Shown in pieces: positions 36,509 to 46,340 of a stretch of 64,000 nt of DNA. A program made the position numbers and the translations under genes. This stretch comes from Vicinamibacterales bacterium (GTDB lineage: Bacteria; Acidobacteriota; Vicinamibacteria; Vicinamibacterales; UBA8438): contig OZ244900.1 in the NCBI GenBank assembly GCA_965221595.1, forward strand, positions 2,918,687 to 2,982,686, read 5' to 3'. Within the stretch, counting starts at the first letter, position 1. The number at the start of each line of letters is the position of its first letter. The notes beneath the pieces are model-generated. The model was given only the letters and a program-made list of their open reading frames with translations, made no database searches and was not told the DNA's origin.

Positions 36509-36545
36509 CGCCGGACTCGTTCGCCGGCATTTCTCGAACCGATGA

Positions 36546-37367
36546 TCACTTCTCCAGGTTGGCGGCCCCGGATTGCAGCGGCTCGGGGCCGGCCCGCCTC
36601 CCGCGGTGGAACACCAGGGTCGACCGGCCGTCGCCGGCCTGGAGCCGCTCCATGCGGACGCCGAAGACGGAGGTGACCAGGGCGTCGTCGAGCACCTGGG
36701 CCGGAGGGCCGGCGGCGCGCAGGCGGCCGTGGTGGAGCACGGCCATATCGTCCGCCCAGCGGGCCACGAGGTTGAGGTCGTGCAGCGCCAGCGCAACGGT
36801 CGTGCCGGTGGCGGCCAGCGCCCGCAGCAGCGTGAGCGTCTCGATGACGTGGTCGATGTCGAGGTTGGCGGTCGGCTCGTCGAGCAGCAGCGCCTGCGAG
36901 CCGGTGGCCAAGCTGCGAGCGATGACGGCGCGGCGACGCTCGCCCCCGGAGAGCTCGGTCACGAAGCGGTCGGCGAGGTGTGCGACATCGGCCCGCGCCA
37001 GTGCCGAGGCGACGAGCTCGGCGTCCGCGGGACCCGACGCGTCGAAACGGCCCAGGTGCGGATGGCGCCCCATCGTCACCAGCTCGCGCACCGTGAACGG
37101 GACGTCGGTACCGGTCTCCTGCGGCACGAAGCTGATGCGCTGCGCGAGCACGCGGCGCGAGAGCCGGGACAGGCGAGTCCCGTCCAGTGCGGCGTCGCCC
37201 GCGGTGGGACGCCAGAGGCCGGCCAGCAGGCGCAGCACGGTCGACTTGCCTGCCCCGTTCGGTCCGACGAAGGCCATGATGCGGCCGGGGCCGACCTCGA
37301 CCGTGACGTCACGCACCAGGTGGCGGGTGCCGATGCGGAAGCCGGCGCGGTCGAGGCGGAGACTCAT
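36546..37367 (-). CDS. ABC transporter ATP-binding protein, iron-siderophore/cobalamin (FecE/BtuD-like) type
   Basis: Trimmed to ATG at 37367, which overlaps the permease stop (ATGA). Walker A GPNGAGKST, signature LSGGERRR, Walker B LLLDEPT. Confidence 0.85.
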   Translation of the reverse strand: MSLRLDRAGFRIGTRHLVRDVTVEVGPGRIMAFVGPNGAGKSTVLRLLAGLWRPTAGDAALDGTRLSRLSRRVLAQRISFVPQETGTDVPFTVRELVTMGRHPHLGRFDASGPADAELVASALARADVAHLADRFVTELSGGERRRAVIARSLATGSQALLLDEPTANLDIDHVIETLTLLRALAATGTTVALALHDLNLVARWADDMAVLHHGRLRAAGPPAQVLDDALVTSVFGVRMERLQAGDGRSTLVFHRGRRAGPEPLQSGAANLEK

Positions 37368-38434
37368 GACGGGCCGAAGCTCCCCCGTTGGCGGCGCAGG
37401 AGATAGAGAAAGAACGGCGCGCCGAACGCGGCGGTGACGATGCCGAGCCGGATCTCCTCCGGCGGGTGGATGGTGCGGGCCAGCAGATCGCAGATGATCA
37501 GGAACGCACCCCCGCCGAGCATGGCCGCCGGGAGCAGGGTGCGGTGTGACGGTCCGAGCACCAGTCGCAGCATGTGCGGCACGATCAGGCCCACGAAGCC
37601 GATGACGCCGCTGACTGCCACGGCCGCGCCGGTCAGCATCGCCGCCGTCGTCAGGATGATGCGCCGCACCCGCTCCACCTCGACGCCGAGGCTGGCGGCG
37701 GTCTCCTCGCCGAGCACGAGCAGGTCCAGGTCGCGTGAGTACCAGCGGGCGCCGAGCGCCCCCAGCACCAGCGGCGGCAGACAGATCCACACGTGCGTCC
37801 AGGTGCGGTTGTCGAGACCGCCCATCATCCAGAAGACGATCTCGTTGGCGACCTGCCAGTTGACTACGCTCAGCGAGATCAGGAGCGACGAGACGGCGGT
37901 AGCCAACGCCCCCAGCGCGATGCCGGCGAGCAGCAGCGTGGCCACGGGGGTGCGGCCGGCCCGCGTGGCGATGGCGTAGACGGTCGCGAGCGCAGCGAGC
38001 GCGCCGACGAAAGCGAACAGCGGCAGCCAGAACACCCCCGCGGCGGACAGCCCGCTGACGAACGTGATCACGGCACCGAGGGCCGCGCCCTGGCTGATGC
38101 CGATGACGCTCGGCTCGGCCAGGGGGTTGCGGAAGAGCCCCTGGAGCTGCGTGCCGGCGACACCCAGTGCGGCGCCGGCGAGCGCAGCGACCAGCACGCG
38201 CGGCGTCCGGATGAGCCAGACGATCACCTGGTCCGCCTCGGAGACCTCGTGCAGGCCCACCCAGCCGTCCGGCAGCGTGCGGGCGGCAAGTACACGCGCG
38301 ACGGTGCCCCAAGGGATGCGCGTGCTGCCGACCGCAATCGCGGCCACCACCGCCACCGCCAACAGCACCGCCAGCAGCGGCAGACCCACCCAGGCCGCGG
38401 CGCGAACGTGCGACCGCCTGCCCGCCTCGGTCAC
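37364..38434 (-). CDS. FecCD family ABC permease (BtuC-like)
   Basis: 356-aa polytopic ORF with the FecCD pattern (RIPWGTVARVL, PRVLVAALAGAALGVAGT, GVIGFVGLIVPH). Confidence 0.85.
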   Translation of the reverse strand: MTEAGRRSHVRAAAWVGLPLLAVLLAVAVVAAIAVGSTRIPWGTVARVLAARTLPDGWVGLHEVSEADQVIVWLIRTPRVLVAALAGAALGVAGTQLQGLFRNPLAEPSVIGISQGAALGAVITFVSGLSAAGVFWLPLFAFVGALAALATVYAIATRAGRTPVATLLLAGIALGALATAVSSLLISLSVVNWQVANEIVFWMMGGLDNRTWTHVWICLPPLVLGALGARWYSRDLDLLVLGEETAASLGVEVERVRRIILTTAAMLTGAAVAVSGVIGFVGLIVPHMLRLVLGPSHRTLLPAAMLGGGAFLIICDLLARTIHPPEEIRLGIVTAAFGAPFFLYLLRRQRGSFGPS

Positions 38435-39426
38435 GACGCGTCGGGGTACAGCGCGGCCCCCACGGCCTCGATCAGACCGGCCGCGTGGTGCGACATCGTG
38501 ATGAACCGGCGGTGGTCGAGCACCAGGATCTGCCCGCTGCGCCCGGCAACCGTCACCGCGACGCCGGGCTGGCCGAGCAGGCGCCGGCGCACGGCGACAT
38601 TCTCCTCGGCGGGGCTATCGGCGATGATCCAGTCGGGGTCCCAGGCGGCTATCTGCTCGCCGCTGATCATGCCGTGCGGCCCGATGCCCTGCTCGGCAGC
38701 CACGTTGACGGCGCCCAGCTCGGTGAGGATGTGATCGAAGAGCGAGCCGGCGCCGAACGTGCCGGACAAGGCGACGTACACGAGCACACGGGGCCGCGGG
38801 GCCGACGCCGGCCGGCGCGCTGCGGCGGCGGCCACCCGCGCCCGGAAGCGCGCAATCTCCCGCTCGGCCGCGCGCTCCTCACCGGTCAGCCGCCCGACAG
38901 TCCGCAGGCCCTCGACGATCTGGTCGAAGTCGTCGAAGACGGTCTGCAGCCGGAACGTCGGGATGCCCGCGGCACGCGCCAGCGCCACCAGGTCGGCGCG
39001 GGCGGTGTGCGACGCCAGCAGCAGGTCGGGACGGCTCCGGAGCAGCGCCTCGCCGTCGTCGACGACCCCGACGTCCCGCCCGGCGAGCACGTCGGCGACG
39101 TAGCTGTAACGCGCATCGTGGGCCACCGCGCTGACCGCCGCAATCCGTGCCGGGGGCACGACGGCAAACAGGAAGTGGTCTGTCACCAGCGCCTGGGATG
39201 CGATGCGCGACGGCGGCCGCGCGAGCCGGACGGCGTCCCCGTGATGGTCGCGCACCGTGCGTGGAAACCCTGCCGCCGCGGCCGCGGCGGACCGCTCGGC
39301 GGAGAACCAGCCCGCGCGCGTGCCGGCCGCGGCGCGCCAGGCGGCCACCAGCAGCACGAGGCAGACCACGACCTCGATTGCCGCCCGCAGCCATCCCGTT
39401 CGAACACGGCGCAGCGACAGGCTCAT
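38431..39426 (-). CDS. ABC transporter periplasmic substrate-binding protein (BtuF/FhuD class)
   Basis: 331-aa ORF with an N-terminal anchor and class III binding-protein pattern (PSRIASQALVTDHFL, PDLLLAS). It overlaps the permease start. Confidence 0.7.
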   Translation of the reverse strand: MSLSLRRVRTGWLRAAIEVVVCLVLLVAAWRAAAGTRAGWFSAERSAAAAAAGFPRTVRDHHGDAVRLARPPSRIASQALVTDHFLFAVVPPARIAAVSAVAHDARYSYVADVLAGRDVGVVDDGEALLRSRPDLLLASHTARADLVALARAAGIPTFRLQTVFDDFDQIVEGLRTVGRLTGEERAAEREIARFRARVAAAAARRPASAPRPRVLVYVALSGTFGAGSLFDHILTELGAVNVAAEQGIGPHGMISGEQIAAWDPDWIIADSPAEENVAVRRRLLGQPGVAVTVAGRSGQILVLDHRRFITMSHHAAGLIEAVGAALYPDAS

Positions 39427-39457
39427 CCGCTCACCACCTGCACGACGCCGACCAGGC

Positions 39458-40033
39458 TCACCAGGCTCGCGACCACTTGGGTCCGCCCGTAGCGGGCGAC
39501 CGCAGCGTGGCGTCGATGCCGGCTTCCACCTCGATGCGGCGGCCGAGTATCCAGAGCAGATCGGAGAGGCGGTTGAGATACGCGAGTAGTTCCGGGCCTA
39601 CCTCCGCGCCCGACTCCGCCAGTTGCACGACCCGGCGCTCGGCGCGCCGGGCGACCGTGCGCGCCACGTCGAGGGCGGCGGAAGCCGCGTGCTCGCCGGG
39701 TAGCGCCCAGTCGCCGAGTACGCCGTCGATGGCCTCCGCGCGGCCGACCTCCGCGGTGAGCCGCTCCACCATGGCGGCCGTGACGGCCGGTTCCGCACCC
39801 TCCCGTGGCGCGGGCGTCGCCAACGCGCCGCCGACCGCAAACAGCTCGCGCTGTATGTCCTTGAGCAGCTCGGCGACCGCCGCGTTCGGGCAGATGGAGC
39901 GGGCGAATCCGACCTGGCTGTTCAGCTCGTCGACGGCGCCGTAGGCTTCGACTCGCAGCGACGCCTTCGAGACGCGCACGCCCCCGACCAGACCCGTCCG
40001 GCCGCGGTCCCCCTGTTTCGTGACGATGCTCAT
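39458..40033 (-). CDS. PduO-type ATP:cob(I)alamin adenosyltransferase
   Basis: Trimmed to ATG at 40033. The canonical N-terminus is MSIVTKQGDRGRTGL....KASLRVEAYGAVDELNS, and the C-terminus carries YLNRLSDLLW. Confidence 0.85.
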   Translation of the reverse strand: MSIVTKQGDRGRTGLVGGVRVSKASLRVEAYGAVDELNSQVGFARSICPNAAVAELLKDIQRELFAVGGALATPAPREGAEPAVTAAMVERLTAEVGRAEAIDGVLGDWALPGEHAASAALDVARTVARRAERRVVQLAESGAEVGPELLAYLNRLSDLLWILGRRIEVEAGIDATLRSPATGGPKWSRAW

Positions 40034-40329
40034 GCCGGTTGTCCCCCTGGGCGCCCGGGGCGAGAGGTCCCGCAGCCGCGGCCTTCCCGTATCATCTGCA
40101 ACACGATGGGTATTGCGTCCGTCGCATGCCGCCGCGTGAATCCGCCGCCCTGCACGCATGCTCGCGGGTGCAGGGAGCCGACGCCTGCGCGCGGTGAACG
40201 GGCGGCTACCAGTCGATGCGGCGCGGACGCCGACGACGAGCCATGAAGGGCAGGAACCTCCTTTCGGCGTGTCCACGCGCCGAATCTCACGGACCGGCAG
40301 ACCGGACCGCGGGGCCGTGCGACCGTCCC

Positions 40330-40505
40330 GATGAGCGGTCTCCTGACTCGCGGATCGAGGCTGGGCGGCAACGTCTTCCCGTGCTCGCCGAGCACAGTGA
40401 CTGGCGCCCCACGGCGCCGGTGTGCCGCCCGCTCCCCGCTCACAGTGGCGGGACCGTGTGGGAATTGCACCCACTTCCCGGAATCATCGGGAGCAATGCT
40501 GTCAG
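40330..40505 (-). promoter_or_regulatory. Adenosylcobalamin (cobalamin class I) riboswitch
   Basis: The minus strand reads GGGAAGTGGGTGCAATTCCCACACGGTCCCGCCACTGTGAGCGGGGAGC ... CAGTCACTGTGCTCGGCGAGCACGGGAAGACG ... AGTCAGGAGACCGCTC (B12 box at 40334-40348). It lies upstream of the adenosyltransferase and BtuFCD-like operon. Confidence 0.8.
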
Positions 40506-40580
40506 CGGGCAGTATAGCACTGCCCCGCCCGGCGGGGACGGCCGGTCGCCAGGCCGGTTGCCGGCGCGGGGGACGGGCAG

Positions 40581-41777
40581 ATGACCGGGGCGGAACGGCT
40601 GCACCCGGCGGATGTGCTGTGCCGCGGCGAGCGTTTCGTCGCGCGGCGGTCGGGGCGCTTTCTGCTGGTCGAGCTGACGGCGCCGCACCGCGTGATCAGC
40701 ACCTCCACGCAGTGCGGCGGGGAGCGCGAGGATCTGCAGTTCCTGGCCAACCACCAGAGCTGCGAGGCAACCGGCGACGCGGACCGCCACGAGCGGATTG
40801 CCGCCCTGGGACCGGCGGGGTACCACGCGCAGGTCTGTGCCGAGATGGGTGTAGCGCCGGATCGGACGGCGGTCATGGGTACCGCGGCCAACATGGCCTA
40901 CGCCGCCCACCGCGCGGCCACCTTCGAGGATCTCCGCGTGGACACGTTCGTGACGGCCGGCGTCGCCGGCAACGCCGCCCGCGCCGGCGATCCGGCGGCC
41001 TGGACCGAGGCTGCGGACGGCCGCTGGCGGCGGGTGGCGACAGCCGCCGCGGACGAGCCGGACGACAGCGACGCTGCAGCCGCCCCTCCCGACGGCACGA
41101 TCAACACGATTCTGCTGCTCGACCACCCGGTCACGCCGGCCGCCCAGGCCCGCGCTGTCGTGACGCTGACGGAGGCCAAGTCGGCGGCGCTCGCCGAACT
41201 GGCCGCGCCCAGCTGCTACTCCTCGACCATTGCCACCGGGACGGGCACGGACCAGTTCTGCGTGGCGGCCCCGCTCGATCCCCGGCGCGTGCCGAAGACA
41301 GCCACCGGCCCGCACGCCAAGCTCGGGGAGCTCATCGGCCGGGCCGTGCTGGCCGCGGTCAAGGAGGCGCTGCGCTGGCAGAACGGACTCGAGCCCTCCC
41401 TGACGCGCGGTCTGTTTCATGCGCTCGGACGCTTCGGCCTGACCGAGGGGCACGCACTCGAGCGGCTGGCCGAGCTGCTGCCGGCGGAGCAGTATGCGCT
41501 CCTCGACCGGAACCGGCAGGCGGTGTTCTGGGAGCCGGGCGTGGCGGCCGCCGCCTATGCGTACGCGGCGGTGCTCGACCGGGCGGCCTGCGGCACGCTG
41601 CCGGCCGGCGTGGCCGGCGAGTCGCTGCGGCAGCAGGCCGCCTGCCTCGCCTGTGCGCTCGCCGCACGCCCCTCAGCCTGGGAGGCATTCCGCGCCGCGC
41701 TGGGCGACGCACCGGACGATCCGGTCGAGCTGGCGCTGCACGCCGTGGCCGCGGGCTGGAGCGCCAAGTGGACCTGA
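40581..41777 (+). CDS. cbiZ: Adenosylcobinamide amidohydrolase (CbiZ family) with insertion and long C-terminal extension
   Basis: Family pattern GTINTILLLD, LTEAKSAAL, ATGTGTDQ. Located next to cbiB and the B12 riboswitch. Confidence 0.65.
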   Translation: MTGAERLHPADVLCRGERFVARRSGRFLLVELTAPHRVISTSTQCGGEREDLQFLANHQSCEATGDADRHERIAALGPAGYHAQVCAEMGVAPDRTAVMGTAANMAYAAHRAATFEDLRVDTFVTAGVAGNAARAGDPAAWTEAADGRWRRVATAAADEPDDSDAAAAPPDGTINTILLLDHPVTPAAQARAVVTLTEAKSAALAELAAPSCYSSTIATGTGTDQFCVAAPLDPRRVPKTATGPHAKLGELIGRAVLAAVKEALRWQNGLEPSLTRGLFHALGRFGLTEGHALERLAELLPAEQYALLDRNRQAVFWEPGVAAAAYAYAAVLDRAACGTLPAGVAGESLRQQAACLACALAARPSAWEAFRAALGDAPDDPVELALHAVAAGWSAKWT

Positions 41778-42763
41778 GTCCGCTGCAGCCGCGCGTCGAC
41801 CTGCTCCTGGCGGCGGCGGCACTCGATGCGGTCCTCGGCGACCCCGTCTACCGCTGGCATCCGGTGCGGCTGCTGGGCGCGTCGTTGACCTGGTGCGAGC
41901 GTGGTCTGCGCGCCGCCGGAGTGGACGGCCGCGGCGGCGGCTGCCTGCTGTTCGGCCTCCTGGGCGTGTCCTGGGTCGGCGGCATCTCCATCGTGCTGCT
42001 GGGCGCCGGACGGCTGCACCCGGCCATCGCAGGCGGCGGGCACCTGTTCATCGTCTACAGCCTGCTGGCCTACGGCGACCTGCTGGCCCACGGCCGGGCG
42101 GTGGACCGCGCGGCTGCAGCCGGCGACCTGGCAGGCGCGCGGCGGGCGGCGGGCCGGCTGGTCGGGCGCGACGTCGACGGGCTGGACGCCGCCGCCTGCC
42201 GGCGCGCCACCATCGAGAGCCTAGCCGAGAGCCTGACCGACGGCGTCGTGTCGCCGATCGCCTGGTACGCCCTGCTCGGCGTGCCGGGGCTGGTGCTCTG
42301 CAAGGTGGTCAGCACGATGGACTCGATGGTCGGTTACCGGACGCCGCACTACCGGCGCTTCGGATGGTGCGGCGCGCGGCTCGACGATCTGCTTCAGGCG
42401 GTGCCGGCGCGGGCTGCCTGGCTGCTCATCGCGGGGGCGGCCGCGGCGCTGCCGGGCTGCTCCGGGCGGCGGGCCCTCGCGGCCGGTTGGCACGACCACG
42501 GTGTGCTGCCGGGGCCCAATCCGGGCTGGAGCGAGGCCGCCATGGCCGGCGCCCTCGCGCGCCGCCTCGTCGGTCCGATCCGATTGCACGGCCGGATCGT
42601 CACCGAGGCGTGGCTCGGCGACCCGGCGGACCCGCCGGCGGGGAGCGCCGCGGACTACCGGCGGGCGCAGGCGCTCGTGCAGGTCGCCACTGCCCTCGCG
42701 TTGGCCGCCGCGGCCGGCGGCATCCACCTCGCGGGATCGCTGCGCGGCGCCGTGCTAGACTGA
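41768..42763 (+). CDS. cbiB: Adenosylcobinamide-phosphate synthase (CbiB/CobD)
   Basis: Start set to GTG at 41768, overlapping the cbiZ end. Family pattern LGDPVYRWHPVRLLG, ESLAESLTDGVVSPI, VSTMDSMVGYR, PNPGWSEAAMAGAL. Confidence 0.85.
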   Translation: MDLSPLQPRVDLLLAAAALDAVLGDPVYRWHPVRLLGASLTWCERGLRAAGVDGRGGGCLLFGLLGVSWVGGISIVLLGAGRLHPAIAGGGHLFIVYSLLAYGDLLAHGRAVDRAAAAGDLAGARRAAGRLVGRDVDGLDAAACRRATIESLAESLTDGVVSPIAWYALLGVPGLVLCKVVSTMDSMVGYRTPHYRRFGWCGARLDDLLQAVPARAAWLLIAGAAAALPGCSGRRALAAGWHDHGVLPGPNPGWSEAAMAGALARRLVGPIRLHGRIVTEAWLGDPADPPAGSAADYRRAQALVQVATALALAAAAGGIHLAGSLRGAVLD

Positions 42764-42833
42764 ACTGCCGCGGTTACAGCCCCACCCACCTCGTGGTGTC
42801 CTGAAGCCCAGCAGGGTGCCGACGCACAGGACG

Positions 42834-44756
<1,923 letters not shown>

Positions 44757-44807
44757 CGGCCCGTGGTGAAACCCCGCGTTGCACCGAGACAGGCGAGGTC
44801 GCAACGC
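44757..44807. repeat. Partial copy (5' module) of the repeat family, followed by a hairpin
   Basis: GGCCCGTGGTGAAACCCCGCGTTGCACCGAGACAGGCG matches the first ~40 nt of copy B (GCAGCCCGTGGTGAACCCCGCGTCGCACCGAGACGGGCG). GCGTTGC (44776-44782) pairs with GCAACGC (44801-44807). Confidence 0.4.
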
Positions 44808-44812
44808 CGGTC

Positions 44813-46231
44813 ATGACCATCGACCAGCTCATCGACGACACCCTGCGCCCGGTGGCCGACGCCGTCGCGGGCGTGGTCTTCTACGCGCTGCCGCTGCCGG
44901 GCGCCGAGCTGCCGCTCATCGTGGTTTGGCTCGTTGCCGGCGGGCTCTTCTTCACCGTCTATCTCCGCTTCATCAACGTCCGCGGGTTCACCCAGGCACT
45001 GCGCATCGTCTCCGGGCGCTACGCACGCGCCGGCGACCCGGGCGAGATATCCCAGTTCAGTGCGCTGACCACCGCGGTATCCGGCACGGTCGGCATCGGC
45101 AACATGGCCGGCGTGGCCGTCGCCATCTCCACCGGCGGCCCGGGCGCCACGTTCTGGCTCGTCGTCGCCGGCCTGCTCGGCATGTCGGCGAAATTCGCGG
45201 AGTGCACGCTCGGCGTGCTGTACCGGCGGCGCAACCCGGACGGTTCGGTCTCCGGTGGGCCGATGCACTATCTGGAACGCGGTCTCGCTGAGAGGGGCCG
45301 ACCGGTGCTGGGACGCCGACTCGGGGCCTTCTACGCCGCCGCCCTGGTGGTCGGCTGCCTCGGCATCGGCAACATGTTTCAGTCGAACCAGGCCGCGGCG
45401 ATCCTCACGGACATCACCGGCGCGGAGGCCAGCGTCCTCGCCGGCCGCGGCTGGCTCGTCGGCCTGCTGTTGGCGGGGGCGGTGGCACTGGTCATCGTCG
45501 GCGGCATCCGGACGATTGCCAGCACCACCGTCCGGCTGGTGCCGGCCATGGCACTGCTCTACGTGGCGCTGGCGCTGCTGGTCATCGGGCTGAACGCCGG
45601 CAGGCTGCCGGCCGCGGTTGAAGCCATCTGGCAGGGTGCCTTCACCTCGAGCGGGATGGGAGGCGGCGCGCTCGGCGCGCTCGTCATCGGGTTCCGGCGG
45701 GCGGTCTTCTCGAACGAAGCCGGCCTGGGCAGCGCGGCCATCGCCCACGCCACGGCCCGCACCCCGCAGCCAGCCAGCGAGGGCTTCGTCGCGCTGCTCG
45801 AGCCGTTCATCGACACCGTCGTCATCTGCACCATGACCGCTCTGGTCATCACCACCACGGTCTACGATCCGGCGCTCGCCGCGGGCGGCGTGAACGGCAT
45901 CGAGCTGACGACCCGCGCGTTCGCCTCCACCCTGGCCTGGTCGCCGGCGCCGCTGGCGTTCGCCGCGCTCCTGTTCGCGTTCTCGACGATGATCGCCTGG
46001 GCCTACTACGGGCTGAAAGCGTTCACGTATCTGGCTGGCGAGGGCCGCGTCCAGGACCTGGGCTTTAAAATCGTCTTCTGCCTGTTCGTCGTCGCGGGCG
46101 CCGCCGTCGACCTCGGAGCGGTCATCGATCTGTCGGATGCCCTCGTCTTCGTAGTCGCCATTCCGAACCTGCTCGGCCTCTACCTGCTGGCGCCCGTGGT
46201 CAGGCGGGAGCTCGTACGCTACCGGCCTTGA
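44813..46231 (+). CDS. Alanine/glycine:cation symporter (AGCS) family transporter
   Basis: Trimmed to ATG at 44813. AGCS pattern ISQFSALTTAVSGTVGIGNMAGVAVAISTGGPGATFW and FSNEAGLGSAAIAHA. Confidence 0.85.
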   Translation: MTIDQLIDDTLRPVADAVAGVVFYALPLPGAELPLIVVWLVAGGLFFTVYLRFINVRGFTQALRIVSGRYARAGDPGEISQFSALTTAVSGTVGIGNMAGVAVAISTGGPGATFWLVVAGLLGMSAKFAECTLGVLYRRRNPDGSVSGGPMHYLERGLAERGRPVLGRRLGAFYAAALVVGCLGIGNMFQSNQAAAILTDITGAEASVLAGRGWLVGLLLAGAVALVIVGGIRTIASTTVRLVPAMALLYVALALLVIGLNAGRLPAAVEAIWQGAFTSSGMGGGALGALVIGFRRAVFSNEAGLGSAAIAHATARTPQPASEGFVALLEPFIDTVVICTMTALVITTTVYDPALAAGGVNGIELTTRAFASTLAWSPAPLAFAALLFAFSTMIAWAYYGLKAFTYLAGEGRVQDLGFKIVFCLFVVAGAAVDLGAVIDLSDALVFVVAIPNLLGLYLLAPVVRRELVRYRP

Positions 46232-46340
46232 CAACCCGTGGCGCAAGGCCCCGCCGGCCCCGCGGGCTGCCAGGTGTCCGTCGGCCCCGACCCCGCCGGC
46301 ACGCGGGCGCCGGGGTTGATACCATAGGTGGGTTTCTCCG

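Noticed and set aside
35173-36545. Prophage or integrated mobile element, suggested by the phage Gp37/Gp68 family name.
   Set aside because: I could find no integrase, recombinase, terminase, capsid or tail genes, no tRNA attachment site, and no flanking direct repeats. Only composition suggests foreign origin.
40206-40244. The 12-codon ORF MARRRRPRRIDW with an AAAGGAGG Shine-Dalgarno, considered as a feature in its own right.
   Set aside because: It is too short and compositionally trivial to call as a gene from sequence alone. It is mentioned only inside the riboswitch finding.
44757-44812. Glycine riboswitch upstream of the alanine/glycine:cation symporter.
   Set aside because: The spacer is only 56 nt, and the conserved glycine-aptamer core (GGAGAG ... 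CACCGAAGGGGCAA-type) is absent. The CACCGAGAC here belongs to the repeat module.
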